64,000 nt of DNA from assembly GCA_951406725.2 (NCBI GenBank), contig OX597818.1, positions 99,386,001-99,450,000 of the forward strand, read 5' to 3'. Origin of the DNA: Octopus vulgaris (Eukaryota). Both the position numbers and the translations under genes were made by a program. Shown in pieces: positions 41,496-55,000 of the stretch (position 1 is the first letter of the stretch; the number at the start of each line of letters is the position of its first letter). The notes under the pieces were generated by a model. That model was not told the DNA's origin. It searched no databases and worked only from the letters and a program-made list of their open reading frames with translations.

Positions 41496-44400
41496 TAGTA
41501 TTATTATTGTAGTACAATTGTCAAGGCCTCGAACAAAATTCCTTGTAGTAAGTTACGGCTCTTTATATTCTATGGTCAAACCCTGATGAGTTGAGTTTTT
41601 ACTGTTCATTCTTCCAGGGTCAACAATTTGAAATACTTGTCAAATACTAAGAGTGATTGAATTCATCGTTCTCTTCTGTCAAGCTTTAAAGTCTTATGTC
41701 TATGTCACAAATCTCTTGAAGTGTTTCAGGATTTTCTTTTATTACAGATGGTTGAGAGGTAAAAAGAAGTCTTTAAATTAAGAGAGTGACAGAATAAAGT
41801 AGAAGGAGGAGGAATGACTAAAAAATCGCTATGTGAAAGTAGATAAAAAAGGGAGGAAAACGAAGGGGTCTGAATCGAGTCTTAATGGTAATGCTTCATG
41901 ATGGAAATGGTTAGAACAGACGTCGCAGGTAGAACGCTTTGCTTTAATTGCAATTTCGCATACATTCTGCAGGAAATCCGATGGGGCTCCCTCTGAGCAT
42001 GATAAATTTTTTCACAATTTCCCTCTCCCCCAATTAAAACTAAAAACTCTATAAAGAGAAGAATGGGAAAAACTTGGTGATCGCAGGATGCCGCGATATG
42101 AACATCCAACACGCAATATCAGAGGCGATCTAGAAATTTTATAGCAACCAACGCACACGTGAACTTAGTTACAAGTTAACTGAATACTTGCTGATTATAA
42201 CTTTTCTTCTGCACTCTGTTGCTCTGGTTTGAACTTATTCATGGAACTTATTTGTTAGACTTTAGTTTTGTTCTCCTTGTTGGACAATATTTTCATTCAA
42301 CAGGCAGCAATTCTTGAATACAAATGTCTAGTTTTTCTCTCTCCCTATCTCGTTCATTCTGTTTGTATTTGTGCATGCATATGTGTGTGCATGTGTGATT
42401 TTAGTTACGTGCTAGATACGTGCTAGAGGGTGTACATAGTTAATTTCAATGTCTTTATAAAATAATGTTGGTTTGTTGTAATTCATTCCTTGAAAAATAT
42501 AGCGAAACGGTAATGTGACGTGATTTGGAAAGCAATGAAGATGGAAGTGCTCCAGTTTTGTTAAGATACCACCTATTTGTAATATCAATTTGCATTACAA
42601 GTAGGTGAACTGAGCCATGGACACTACAAAGCGCTAGTGAAGAGATACGAAACATTTGCCTTTCGGCAAGTAATCCAAACACTCTCCGACTTAACCAGCC
42701 ACGACGTTGAATGGAAGAATGATTAACAAATAAGAGACAACTGAAGAGATCTAATGAAGGCAAATGAAGATATGTATGTGTGGAAAGGATTGGAACAGAG
42801 AAATGTATTGTGTGTAAGTAAGATGGAGAAAGAATATAAAAGAAAGCAGGGAAAAAAGATAAACAGAGAAAGGAGAGAGGGAAAGAGATAGAAAGAGACA
42901 GATAGTGTGTGTGTGTGTGTGTGAGAGAGAGAGAAATGCATGCTGGACAGAAAATGAGCAAGAGAGGAAAAGTGAGCGAGAGAGAGAGAGAGAGGGGGGA
43001 GAAATGAGAAAGTGTCAGAGAATGGGAGGGAAAGACAGAAACAAAGAGAAAATAATGAGAGATAAGAAGAGGGTAAGAATTATTGAGAGAACGAAATACA
43101 GAGAAACTGAGCGAAGAATGAGAGGTAAGAAAGAGATTGATAAATGGAAAGACAAAGTGAGAGAGAAAGCAGGAGAGTGAGAGAGATAGTGGAGAGAGAG
43201 AGAGTGGGAGAAAGTGAGAGAGGAAGAGGAAAAAGAGAGAAAATGAGTGGAAATGAGAAAGACTGAGGCAGAGACTAAGAATTATTGAGAGAATGAAAGA
43301 CAGAGAAAATGAAAAATAAAAAGAAAAAAAGAAGAGAGGTGAGAAAGAGAAAGTAACGGAGAGAAGGTGGCGATTTAACAATTCTATTGTTTGAGAAATA
43401 TATTTTCCGCTAGAAGTGTTTCTGGAGGAGTGGAAGTGTTCATAAACAAAGCGAGTCTTACATGATATAACAGCCGCACATTCGTAGCCAGAATGGAGAG
43501 ACGAAAGAAAACGAACAACAGACATGAAGTGAACAATGCGAATACTGTTAGTTGCAACGACAACAAGGATGAAATGAAACAAATGCAGCAAAGAAATAAA
43601 GAAAAAAAAAAAACCCCACCTCCAATAACAATAGCAACAACGCAACAATGAATATTGTGATAATGATATTCGAGTGGCGAAAAGGCATTTATTTATTATT
43701 TCAAATACAGCAAAGAAGAGGCAAAACAGTTTGCTCACCCGCCATGTTACTTGTCTAATTGCTCTTGGCAATTCATTTAAGCTTCATCGAATTTTTCTCC
43801 TTCTATATACTGCTTACTTCTATGGTGTGAAAGAATATATGTTTTGATGTAGTGTTAATAGGTTGCTGCGTCTTTGTAAGTACATTAATGAACACCTCTG
43901 CAGTAGTTATGGAAATAACTGCAATTTCCCAAGTCAGCCATTACAAAAACCTGTTTGCACTCACTCTCTGTGTGTTGGTAAAACTTCTACAACTACCGTC
44001 GTCGCCGCCGCCACCGCTACCACCACCACCACCACCACCACCACCACCACCACCACCGTCATCATCATCATCATCATCTCTATTCTCATCTTTACTAGTA
44101 CCAGCGCAGGCACCACCACCGTCACCATCACCACTACCACCACCAGCACCACCAGTACCACCAGCACCACCAGCGCCGCCAGTGCCACTACTTCTACCAC
44201 AACAAGAACTATCATCTTTCCGCCATGCCTCCAATTATAATGTGTTGCAGAAGGAAGATAAGCACTAGTTGGTTCTACTTGCAATAATAACAATGATGAT
44301 GATGATAATGATGATGATGATGATGATGATAATGATGATAATGATGATGATAATGATGATAATGAACATGATGATGACGATGATGATAATGGTGTTGATG

Positions 44401-44889
44401 ACAACACATCAACTGCAGCAGCAGCAGCAGCAGTGAATCACAATAGAAAGAATTCGCTATCGAGGCAAATCGTGATGATGTTAGATTTGAAGTTATACCA
44501 GGGAGGAGGAGGAGAACGGAGGAGAAGGAGGAAAATGAGAAAGAGAACGAATAGCAAAGAGTAGAAAAAAAAAAAGAAGTTGATGACAACGATGATGTTG
44601 ATGATGCGGAGGAGTAGGAGAAAGCAGTAGAGGTAGAAAAAAAAAAGAAGTAGATGCAGAAGAAAAGGAAGAAAGAGAAATATATGAGAAAGAAAGATGC
44701 AGAAATGAGAAAGAATAAGACATAAAGATAAAGAGTAGAAAAAGAGTTTCCAGGCCAAGAAAAGAAGAAAAGAAGAAAAAAGGGTAAGCGATGAAAGAAA
44801 GAACAGATGAAAAGAGATAACTGAAAAAAAAAAAAAAGAATAGAAAACAAATCAGAGAAGGATAAAAAGGGAAAAGAGCAAAAGAAGAA

Positions 44890-45381
<492 letters not shown>

Positions 45382-45640
45382 AGAAGGAAAGAAGACACAA
45401 GCCACATGACGAAAAAGGATAGGAAAAAAGATTTTCTTGTACGTATAATTGCTGGTGTGGTAAGAATATTTTCTACTCTAGGCACAAGGCCCGAAATTTG
45501 AACTCAGAACATAAAGACAGACGAAATAACGCCAAGCATTTCGCCCGGCGTGCTAAGCTGGTGTAGTAAGAATAGTAAGATTATAAATACTAGTGAGAGC
45601 ATCAGAGTGAAGAATCAGAAGGGGAAAGAGAAAGAGAGAG

Positions 45641-45700
<60 letters not shown>

Positions 45701-46499
45701 TGGGAAGAATAGTAATTAAGGGATGGTTGCACCCCTTCATAACGCTGGAACCCCCTTACCAGGGCTCCAATATCGGATGTATACATATGTATGTACACAT
45801 ACATATATGTATGTATATGTGTATGTATGTATGCAGGTACGTATGGATGTATGTATGTAACAAATTCATTCTAGGCATATAGCTGTTAGAAAACGTCAAT
45901 GATAAGGTTCGAAAAGGCTGAAATGTGTCTGGCGTTCTCGCTTGCCTCTGCCGGGGTGAATATTCGTTTTTAACTCTGCACGTTTGTAAGACATTTTATC
46001 TTGGGCGAAAATGGCAGTATCTTACCTGTCATTAGGTCAGCCGCGTGTTTATGTTCAGTATGATGCATAGATTTTTATAGATACACACACATATGTAAAC
46101 ATAAATACATAATGTGTGTGTACATATATATATATATATATATACATGTATGCATGCATATATATACATATATACATACATACATACTGAAAACATACAT
46201 ACACACACATATATGTATATGGATATATGAAATTTACGAAATTAGTATCTTAATGCGGTTATCTTTCAAAATAGTTTTGTTTAACTTTAAAAGAATTTCG
46301 TGATGCGACTAACCTTTCTTCAGCGTATCATGTCATGTTTTCAATTGTTCTGGAATTACTAAAAGGAATTAACTGCATTATCTCTCACGTTAATGAGATC
46401 AGATATTATTACTATGGACACTAAAAGCTGAATGTACTTGCTTGTACTTGCGGTGGCATTCACCGAGGTGGATTGAACCGGTTTTGACCAACGAGTTTA

Positions 46500-46860
46500 T
46501 TATATCCATCACGAATACTGTTCACATCTGATAAACGGTCAGCTGTAGTCGATGCTGTAATGGACACCAACTCCCGGTTCTACTGCCGAAGACCATCGAT
46601 GCGGTGGGTCCAATTGTGCTTCCACATTCGTCCGTACAGTCGTCAGCTACGTCTTCAGTTGTATTCCAGCACGTTTGCGCCGGCTGGGGAAAGGAGCCGG
46701 GTTGATTGCCCTGCGAATCAATTCCCCTCTGAGGCAGACGGATAGTATGGCCAGGCCACCTTAAATATCTTGTGAGTAGAACTTGTTGCAGAGACCTGAT
46801 GAAGCTGCATTGGCGTATTTCGGGTTTCGAAATGAAGTCCAATAGTCGAACTCACAGAAT
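46500..46860 (-). mobile_element. RTE-clade LINE 3' fragment
   Basis: Peptide SLQQVLLTRYLRWPGHTIRLP matches the RTE C-terminal RLRWxGHxxR motif. The region is a GC-richer island. Confidence 0.6.
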
Positions 46861-47269
46861 TCTATGAAAGCAGTAATGGCCGAAAACTGAAGTTTCGGAG
46901 TTTTTCAGCTGTTACTGGTCAGGATTCGCACCCATAGGATGGTTCAGATTAGCATGTTTAGTTTAGCAATGAATTTACTTTTTTTGTCTAATGCAACCCT
47001 CTCCCACAAAACAAATATACAAAACTTACTGATTTTTGTAAAGGGAATTGTTTTGGTGTTGACTTTTGAAGACTTTCAAGAGGTACCTAAATCTTCACCC
47101 CACCACCACTTATTTGCGTGGCTAGTTTCATACTTTTATTTGTAAGTGTAATACACGAGCAGAGATGTGTTCTCTGTATATGCATTGAGCCTTTTCTGTA
47201 AGTGTTCCGCCGAATATTCTTAACATATTTTGTTCAAGGATCAGTCAAAGTCCAGAGATAGATAGATAG

Positions 47270-47414
<145 letters not shown>

Positions 47415-48059
47415 AGGGAGGGAGTGAGAGAAAGAGAGAAATAAGCTAGACACAATTACAGCTCGTACATCGCCGACCGAATCTGAGAGGAGATAAAATG
47501 TCTAGTTATTTGGTAACCTTGAACACGGAATGAAAAGGGCAGAAAATTGCCTAGGGGACAATTATCTTGTATTCCAAAGGAATTGTCAATGATGATGATG
47601 ATGATATACATACATACATACATACATACATACATACATACATTAAAGAAAATACCTATGCTGAACTATTGAGAAATCTACAGTTACTCTACTCAGAAGT
47701 TCAGGTTTGCACCTGTAATTATTGAAAAATTAGGCTTCTCAAAACCAGAAAGGAGAAAACTGATTTGAAGACTACAATTCCAAGTAATCACTGGAACTTT
47801 AAAAATATGTAGTTTATCATTCAAGTATATATGCGCGTCTCTAGACATCCAACAGTATTCATGAGAATACATACATAAAACGAAACACAAATCTGCAAAA
47901 GCACTGACTCCAAATACTGCACATATGCATACATACACACATGCAAAAATGCCCTGTTGATATCGTTGAAATTCCACTGGATCTAGGTTAGAAACCGGCT
48001 GTTTCTCTATTGGCAAGAAAGCTTGAAATAAAACTGAATAATGGCATACATACATACAT

Positions 48060-48465
48060 ACATGGTGGCTGCTCCCTCGTTATCGAGTATGACCATTGAA
48101 CGAAGTTTAATCAATGTTGTTATCGTGCAATGCCCGTGCAAGGAGATTATTTTTAAAGTGAGGAAAGGCTGTGCACTGAGTCAATCCCACTCACTAAGCA
48201 ACAGCAGCCATAACCTGAAAAGAAGAACAAGTCAACATCATCGGTAACCATTGAGCTGCAGGTTTTACGTTGGAGTTATCGCAGTTACCTGAGTTACCTT
48301 CTCCTAGAAGGATGCTCTAACAAAGACTAGGAGTCCTTCACTCCCAATGGTTTAACCGCGCGATCGGGTATTCAGTTCGGTTATTTCTATGTTCCCGCGC
48401 ATGATACATCCTTAAAACATTTATTGGATGGCCGTTGACTCTCAAGAGTTCCTCCGCCCAAAGGA
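48060..48465. mobile_element. Unclassified GC-richer repeat between (TACA)n tracts, possibly RTE-related non-autonomous element
   Basis: Sharp compositional island; ccttctcctaga..gactaggagtcc is reminiscent of RTE UTR sequence. No ORF support. Confidence 0.3.
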
Positions 48466-48775
48466 CATACATACATACATACATGTGTGTCTGTGTGTGT
48501 ATACACACACAGATACACAAACACACACATGGAAGTGTTGTGGATGTATATTGGAGTAATTACGTGCTGTTTGTGGATATTTACGCCAGTACATTTCACA
48601 TTTCAATGAGTAATTTTATTGGTAGACCGATTGACTCTCTTTCCCTCTCTCTCCTTCACTCTCTGATTCTCTCTCCCTCTCTGTAAGTGTCATATATCTC
48701 AGAGCGTTTTACATAAGTTAATGTGTGGCGTGGGTTGCGACTATATATGTGTATTCCAAGCATGTTTAAGAGACT

Positions 48776-48832
<57 letters not shown>

Positions 48833-48901
48833 GACTGAGGGCACAGAACACATTTATTGGGAGTTAGATGTATGGATCAAAACAGTTTGATTCAACTTCG
48901 T

Positions 48902-48941
48902 TGGTACTCAGAGTTTCAAGCGTGATGCTAATCTTCAGCCA
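48902..48941 (-). ncRNA. Minimal type I hammerhead ribozyme motif, canonical core
   Basis: Minus strand reads UGG CUGAAGA UU-AGC-AUCAC-GCU-U GAAA CUC-U-GAG UA CCA. An inverted partial copy (AGATTAGCGTCATGCTTGAAA) lies at 48969-48989 on +. Confidence 0.7.
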
Positions 48942-48989
48942 TTTTGAATTCAAATTCAAATTCAAAGCAGATTAGCGTCATGCTTGAAA

Positions 48990-49310
48990 GAGTCTTCTAC
49001 TATAGCCTTGGGAAGACCAAAGACTTGTGAGTGGATTTGGGTGACGGAAACTGAAAGAAGCCCGTCGTATATATATATATCTGTGTGTGTGTGTGTGTGT
49101 TTGTATGTGTGTGTGTGTATTTGAGTGTCTGTGTTTGTCCACCCAACATCGCTTCACAAGTGATGCTGGTGTGTTTACGTCCCCGTAACTTAGCGAGTCG
49201 GGAAGGGACCGATAGAAAAAGTACTAGGCTTGCAAAGAATTAGTCCTGGGATCGATTTGCCCCACCATGGCTGCAGTCATCTGACTGTTACAAGTAAAAG
49301 AATAAAAGAA
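48990..49310 (+). mobile_element. SINE family A, 5'-truncated
   Basis: Starts at gtcttctactatagcc and runs through the tail; abuts the inverted hammerhead fragment. Confidence 0.85.
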
Positions 49311-49333
49311 TATTTATTATATATGTATATATG

Positions 49334-49366
<33 letters not shown>

Positions 49367-49568
49367 TCACGTCTATATATGTATTTATTTATTAATTTAT
49401 TTATTTACATTACTTCAACATCCAAATTTCCTTATTCTACATTGAGAGAAGAAAGAGATGGACGCTTCAATTCTATGCTGTTGCCGCATTATGTCGTACG
49501 CGAATGAGAGGATTTGCATCCCCAACCAAGAATTTTTGATGTAACACATGTCCTTGTGGAAGTTGTGC

Positions 49569-49646
49569 GCGGCTGAAGAAGGCCACAGACATACATTATG
49601 CATTGTTATAAATCTGTCTAATAAAGGCCCGAAACATATGTACCGC
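49569..49646 (+). ncRNA. Type I hammerhead ribozyme motif, canonical core, extended stem II
   Basis: GCGG CUGAAGA A-GGCC[41-nt insert]GGCC-C GAAA CAUAUG UA CCGC. Stem I is GCGG/CCGC, stem III is the palindrome ACAUAUGU, and the predicted cut is after A49642. A (TA)n tract begins about 40 nt downstream. Confidence 0.75.
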
Positions 49647-49680
49647 TGAATCCTTGGCATCATGTTTTTATTTTGATCAA

Positions 49681-49728
<48 letters not shown>

Positions 49729-49897
49729 GGCATGTGTGTGTGTGTATTAAGTATATATGTACACACTCACAGACACACAGAGACATATGTATACATGCTC
49801 ATAGATACGTACAATCACACACATACATATAAATACATATATTTATATCTCTATGTATATTTGAATGTATGTATATATGTATGTATAGATATCTATG

Positions 49898-49999
<102 letters not shown>

Positions 50000-50168
50000 C
50001 ATGTATGATTGCATATATTTATAATATATATTAAACACACCCATACACGCATATGTAAATGTAAGTATAAATACATGTATGTATGTAGCGTCTAATAACA
50101 CTGTACTTATCCCAGGTCCTTGCTTGTTCATGTTTGGATTGACTACACACACACACACACCCACACCC

Positions 50169-50249
<81 letters not shown>

Positions 50250-50444
50250 AATATATATATATTTCTGCCTGTGTGTGGATGTATGTACTTCTCAAATTAT
50301 AGGAGCTTTTGCAATGATATATTGATGTATTGATATCTATTCTCGCTCCGTAAGTAATAAATTAGCGTTTCTGAAGAATTGAATTGTCTCCCGAGTTTCT
50401 GACACAAAGTCCACTTCACTCCTAATACTACTCTTTCGTAGTAA

Positions 50445-50519
<75 letters not shown>

Positions 50520-50521
<2 letters not shown>

Positions 50522-50722
50522 CCATGTTGAATCGCTAGCTTCTGCACGCATTTTTTTCTCTCCTTGTTTCTCTCCGTGTTTCTTTTCTGTGTATATTTCT
50601 GTTGAAGAGCATAGGCTCGTAATGCAAAAGACTTGTTTTATTTATATTCCTGAGTGCCATACTAATACAATTGTTTGTTTGTACTCCACCTGCCTTCGTC
50701 TTTATTTTCATAAAGCTTCCCG

Positions 50723-50723
<1 letters not shown>
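50520..50723 (+). mobile_element. ~200-bp repeat with hammerhead-like motif, copy 2, flanked by (TA)n on both sides
   Basis: cgccatg..atcgcta..ttttttctctccttgtttctctcc..CUGUUGA A-GAGC-AUAG-GCUC GUAA UGCA AAAG..ttcctgag..atactaataca matches 20480-20681. Confidence 0.6.
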
Positions 50724-50762
<39 letters not shown>

Positions 50763-51385
50763 GCGCACAATCACATATGTATATGTATGCCTATACATAC
50801 AATACATATGTGAGTACATACATGCATGCAAACATACATAATAAAATTTGTAAATTCTATATTGATTATGTACTCGTTCAGATAAATGAACTCTCAACTC
50901 AATGTAGAAATTTTTAAGTGCCTCAGTATTTCGGTTACTAGTGCCTTATTAAATAAGTTCACTAAAAGAATTGAAGTGTTAACTGTGACAAGGTTGGCCT
51001 TTTGAATTTCATGTACAAAGCGTACGAAGGGATTCCACACAGTTACCATTAAACCAATTTCAGTCCTAGGAAACATTTTTGGTGGAGCAAAGGACATTCG
51101 CTTGAAGATGCTATGCAGAAGATTCAAAACAGAGACCACACGATCACTGCTTCTTTTAATGTGTCTCAAGATCCCTCCATCACACACGCACACACACACA
51201 CATACATACACTCACATACAAACACACATATATACACACACATGCACACACACACACACACTCACATACTCAAAAGCGTACACTCACGCACACACACATA
51301 CACGCATACAGACATACTCATGTGTATGCATGTATATATGTATGTAGGTATGCATATGTATGTCTGTGTATACAACCATACATAC

Positions 51386-51417
<32 letters not shown>

Positions 51418-51421
<4 letters not shown>

Positions 51422-51445
51422 CAATGCATCCCGGCGTTGCCCGGG
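51418..51445 (-). mobile_element. Helitron 3' terminus (GC hairpin + CTAG)
   Basis: Minus strand reads CCCGGGCAACGCCGGG-atgcattg-CTAG|T, the canonical subterminal hairpin, short spacer, CTRR end and host T. Confidence 0.7.
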
Positions 51446-52069
51446 TTTTATGACCTACAGCGGAGTGGTGTTGGTTGAGCAGTAAAGGTCACAAAAAATG
51501 CTCTTACTAATGAGAATTGACTCAAATTTACCATGTGTTTCGTTGTGTTTGTAAGCAAGACTGTTAATTGTAAATGGTCTTTGTCTGCAATAATTACCAG
51601 ATATTTCTGGGAAAAATCATACTGTATTTGAGCTCTAGCAATACAGATCTTGATATTTCATACGATAATTTATCATAATTTAACATATTATTGATTCAGA
51701 AAGGAAAATCAATGAAATTAGATGCTATAAGATATTCAACGACAGAACTAATCGTATCAGTAACCGAAACTCATTTGAATGAATGCGCCTTCCTAAATAT
51801 CAATATTAAGTTGCAAAAGTAGACACACTATTGGGTACTTACTTCACAATTTAATCCCAAATCGAATGAAATAAATTAGCATGAACCGGATAAATTCTAA
51901 GACAGTATTAGAAATTATCTCACATCTAAATGAAAAATTCTATTTTAAAAAAAATAACGTTTGATGCACTCACTCACAAGGAAGGACACATTGCATGATG
52001 TAGCTCTAAATATGTAATGTTCAAGAGGTTGATGTTGTAGTCATGGTTGGAATCTGTTTCAAGAAAGAG

Positions 52070-55000
52070 AGTTTTTTCCTTCCTTCTCGTATATTTTTGC
52101 ACTTACAAAATGGCGTGCATATGCATTGCTGAATGTGAAAATATCCAATTGTCTAATTGTGATTTTCCATTAACATATCACACGATTGCTAAAAGTGCAT
52201 GTTTTTATTGCAATCAAGAACACAATGAATAAAGGTAGTTCCAAAAACACTTGATACTGGATGAACTTAGGTTAATCAAGATTCTATGTAAAAGAACGAT
52301 AATTCGATAAGTTACAGAATAACGCCTTTTCAAATTAGGAAGGACAAAGTTATTAGCATTTTACTGGACACTGTAATTGAAGACGAAAAACACAAAAAGA
52401 ACGGGAGCATATAAATAATGGGTGTACTAAATTGTTGGTAAAGTGTACCATTTAACAATTGGAAACGGAATCCCAAGAATCTATAGTCATATAACTATCA
52501 TTAGTTGTTTTTGCTTGAATCATGGTCGTTGTTTGCTGTTATTGACGTTATTGGTGTGCATTTCTTGAGATGAAATTTTGTTGCATTATATGTTGGTTAT
52601 TGACTCAAGACCGGCGTGTAAACACTGACTGTTTATCCATTATTTATGTATTTATTTCACTACCACACTTGATAGTAAAATATACATGTTGTCAAGCAAC
52701 AAAGGAGAATCTACATTTTAAATAAACCAAGAACTAAAAACATAATATAGGCTAGTAACCATAAAATCAGAAAACATTATAAATAATGAACACACCAAAT
52801 CATTAGTAAATCGTACTGTCTAACCACTGGAAACCGAATCCCACCAGCTCATTATGAATTAAATCATTTAACTTTCACAATATTGTCCAACATAACAATT
52901 ATGGCAGTGAACTGGCGTCAGATAAAATGCTATGGAATATCTGCTCCGATACTTAGCGCTCTGAGTTCAAGTGTCGCCGTGGTTAGCTTTACCTTTCATA
53001 TTTCTGAGTCGATAAAAATATCGTAGCAATTCTGTGTAGCAGGTCGGCACATATGCCTTCAGCTCTTTGCCATAAGTGAAATGAAGTAGAAATTAGAGTT
53101 CGATTCATAAACGGTAACGAAATACGAATATGACCCATGAGTATGGGCTCCCATACGTTATTCACTTAACTATTCCATATCTACTGATATCTTCACCGAA
53201 TGAAGATTCTAAACACTGTTGGTATTATTGAAACTGATTGGTTTACCGTAATCTATCTGAACTTTTACACATTTATCACAGACCATAGAAAAATATGACT
53301 CTATGTGTTAGTGAGAAATATGTTTATGATGATATAGCCCAATTATTCATTATTTATTGAAATATTATTATTTTGTCACACAATCTATTTACTGGAATTT
53401 ATTGATAAGCTTTCTTATACAAATAAATTGAATTATGATGGCTGCTCAAATTTTTTTTCCTTTGTAATGTTTCTATTGCTTGTGCTGTAATACCTTCCTA
53501 ATCATAACAGCAATATCTATGATATCTATAAGAAACACAAAGCTACACATTATTTGATGCAAGGATGTCATTAATTTAATTGGTCTCAGTATATGACCGG
53601 TACTTATTTTACTGATTCCATATGTTTTGCTGTGTTTTATTGTCCCACCCATATCAGTTTTCATCGAGAAAATCTGTGAGTAGAATACCCCTACGGTGTG
53701 ATTTGAGGTAGATATATCTTGTGCAACGATTGATGGAAAGATTCCTTTCTGTTCATTAGTTATTAGTTTAATATGATTTTCTAAATGGAAAGCACAATTA
53801 GTCCCTGTCAGATGACAAAGCAAACCAAAAAATACTTATTCGCTTAAGCTGCTAATAATAGCAACGAAACCCCAATGAAGTTCACCGTACCGTTGTAAAA
53901 ATTGGGACACATCGATTGATATAGTTCCAGAAACGCAATATGCAAGAGAAGAACGTTGTGGTCAGTTTTTCTTTTAATCTTAGTCTTATTTAGTTAGGGT
54001 AGACTTGGGGGTAAAATAAGAAAAAAAAATCAAATGACGGATATGGTACAATTTTAGTTAGTCGCTGAGAAATCTCAGTCCATACAGAAAGAATTTTCAG
54101 AGTCTGTTATAAAAACAATGTTTTATTTTTAATGTTCCTTTTCATATATTTTGCATCTACAACATTGCCTGTATGTACATTGCTGCATCTGAAGACGTCC
54201 AGCTGTGCAATTGTTGCGATTTCCCATTATCCATCATACCAATGCTAAAAGTACACATTCCTATTGCGATCAAAACAACAATAAATAACTGTAGTTCAAG
54301 CAATACTTGACTCTCAACCAATTATGTTTACTCGAATTTTACGGAAAGAATGATAATTCGATTAGTAACAAAATGACGCCATTTTAAATAAGGAAGAGCA
54401 AACTTAACAGCCTTTCACTACAGTCCTTAATTGAATACAAAGAATACAAAAATCTTTGAAATAATAGACATATCAACTCATTGGGAAATCTAACAATTGG
54501 AGACTGATTCCTACGAGTTTATTGTCAACCAAAGCTTATAACTATCATTAGTAGGTTTTGTTTTGTTTTCATGATCAGCGTTGTTGTTATTGCTGTTAAT
54601 TTCGGTCATTTGTGGGTATATTTTGAGCTGCAATTTAGTTGGTTATTCACAGTTTGCAAACACTCTTTAGTATTTAAATATTCATTTGACTGCCAACACT
54701 TACAAGTAAAATATACATATTATCAAGCCACGAAAGAGAATCCATATTCTAAATAAATCAAGGACTCATGAGATAATATTATCTGATACACACTACGAAA
54801 ATACAGGTGATCACAGCTTTAATATCTCGATCACAGATCCGCTTGATTATCGCTGATCTAGAGTTAAATATTAACTACTGTTTATATATTTTATAATTCG
54901 TTTCTGTTGTTGAGTGGTGCCATGTCAGCTTTGTTTGAAATGATTTGTCATAAAAACATACAAGCAGTGATCATCTTGTGTTTAATTCAGAAGCAGTGTA

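Noticed and set aside
43384-43566. Hydrophobic ORF with a CAT|GTAAGA donor as leader exon for the Ig exon
   Set aside because: Phase 0 in the hydrophobic frame; in the phase-1 frame the join T+GA makes a stop.
42455-43771. 438-aa ORF on the minus strand
   Set aside because: Runs through a GA-rich low-complexity tract (L/S/F bias) and has no motif.
43852-44268. Proline-rich ORF resembling formin or extensin
   Set aside because: It is a degenerate (CCA)n array open in several frames on both strands, with no supporting splice sites.
46794-46840. CTGATGA...GAAA hammerhead-like spacing
   Set aside because: No stem III or UH triplet; lies antisense within the RTE coding remnant.
46940-47060. Possible GIY-YIG C-terminus on the minus strand (KKSKFIAKLNML)
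   Set aside because: Similarity is too short and broken to support without a profile search.
50360-50410. CTGAAGA in a TA-adjacent island
   Set aside because: No correctly placed GAAA or closing stems on either strand.
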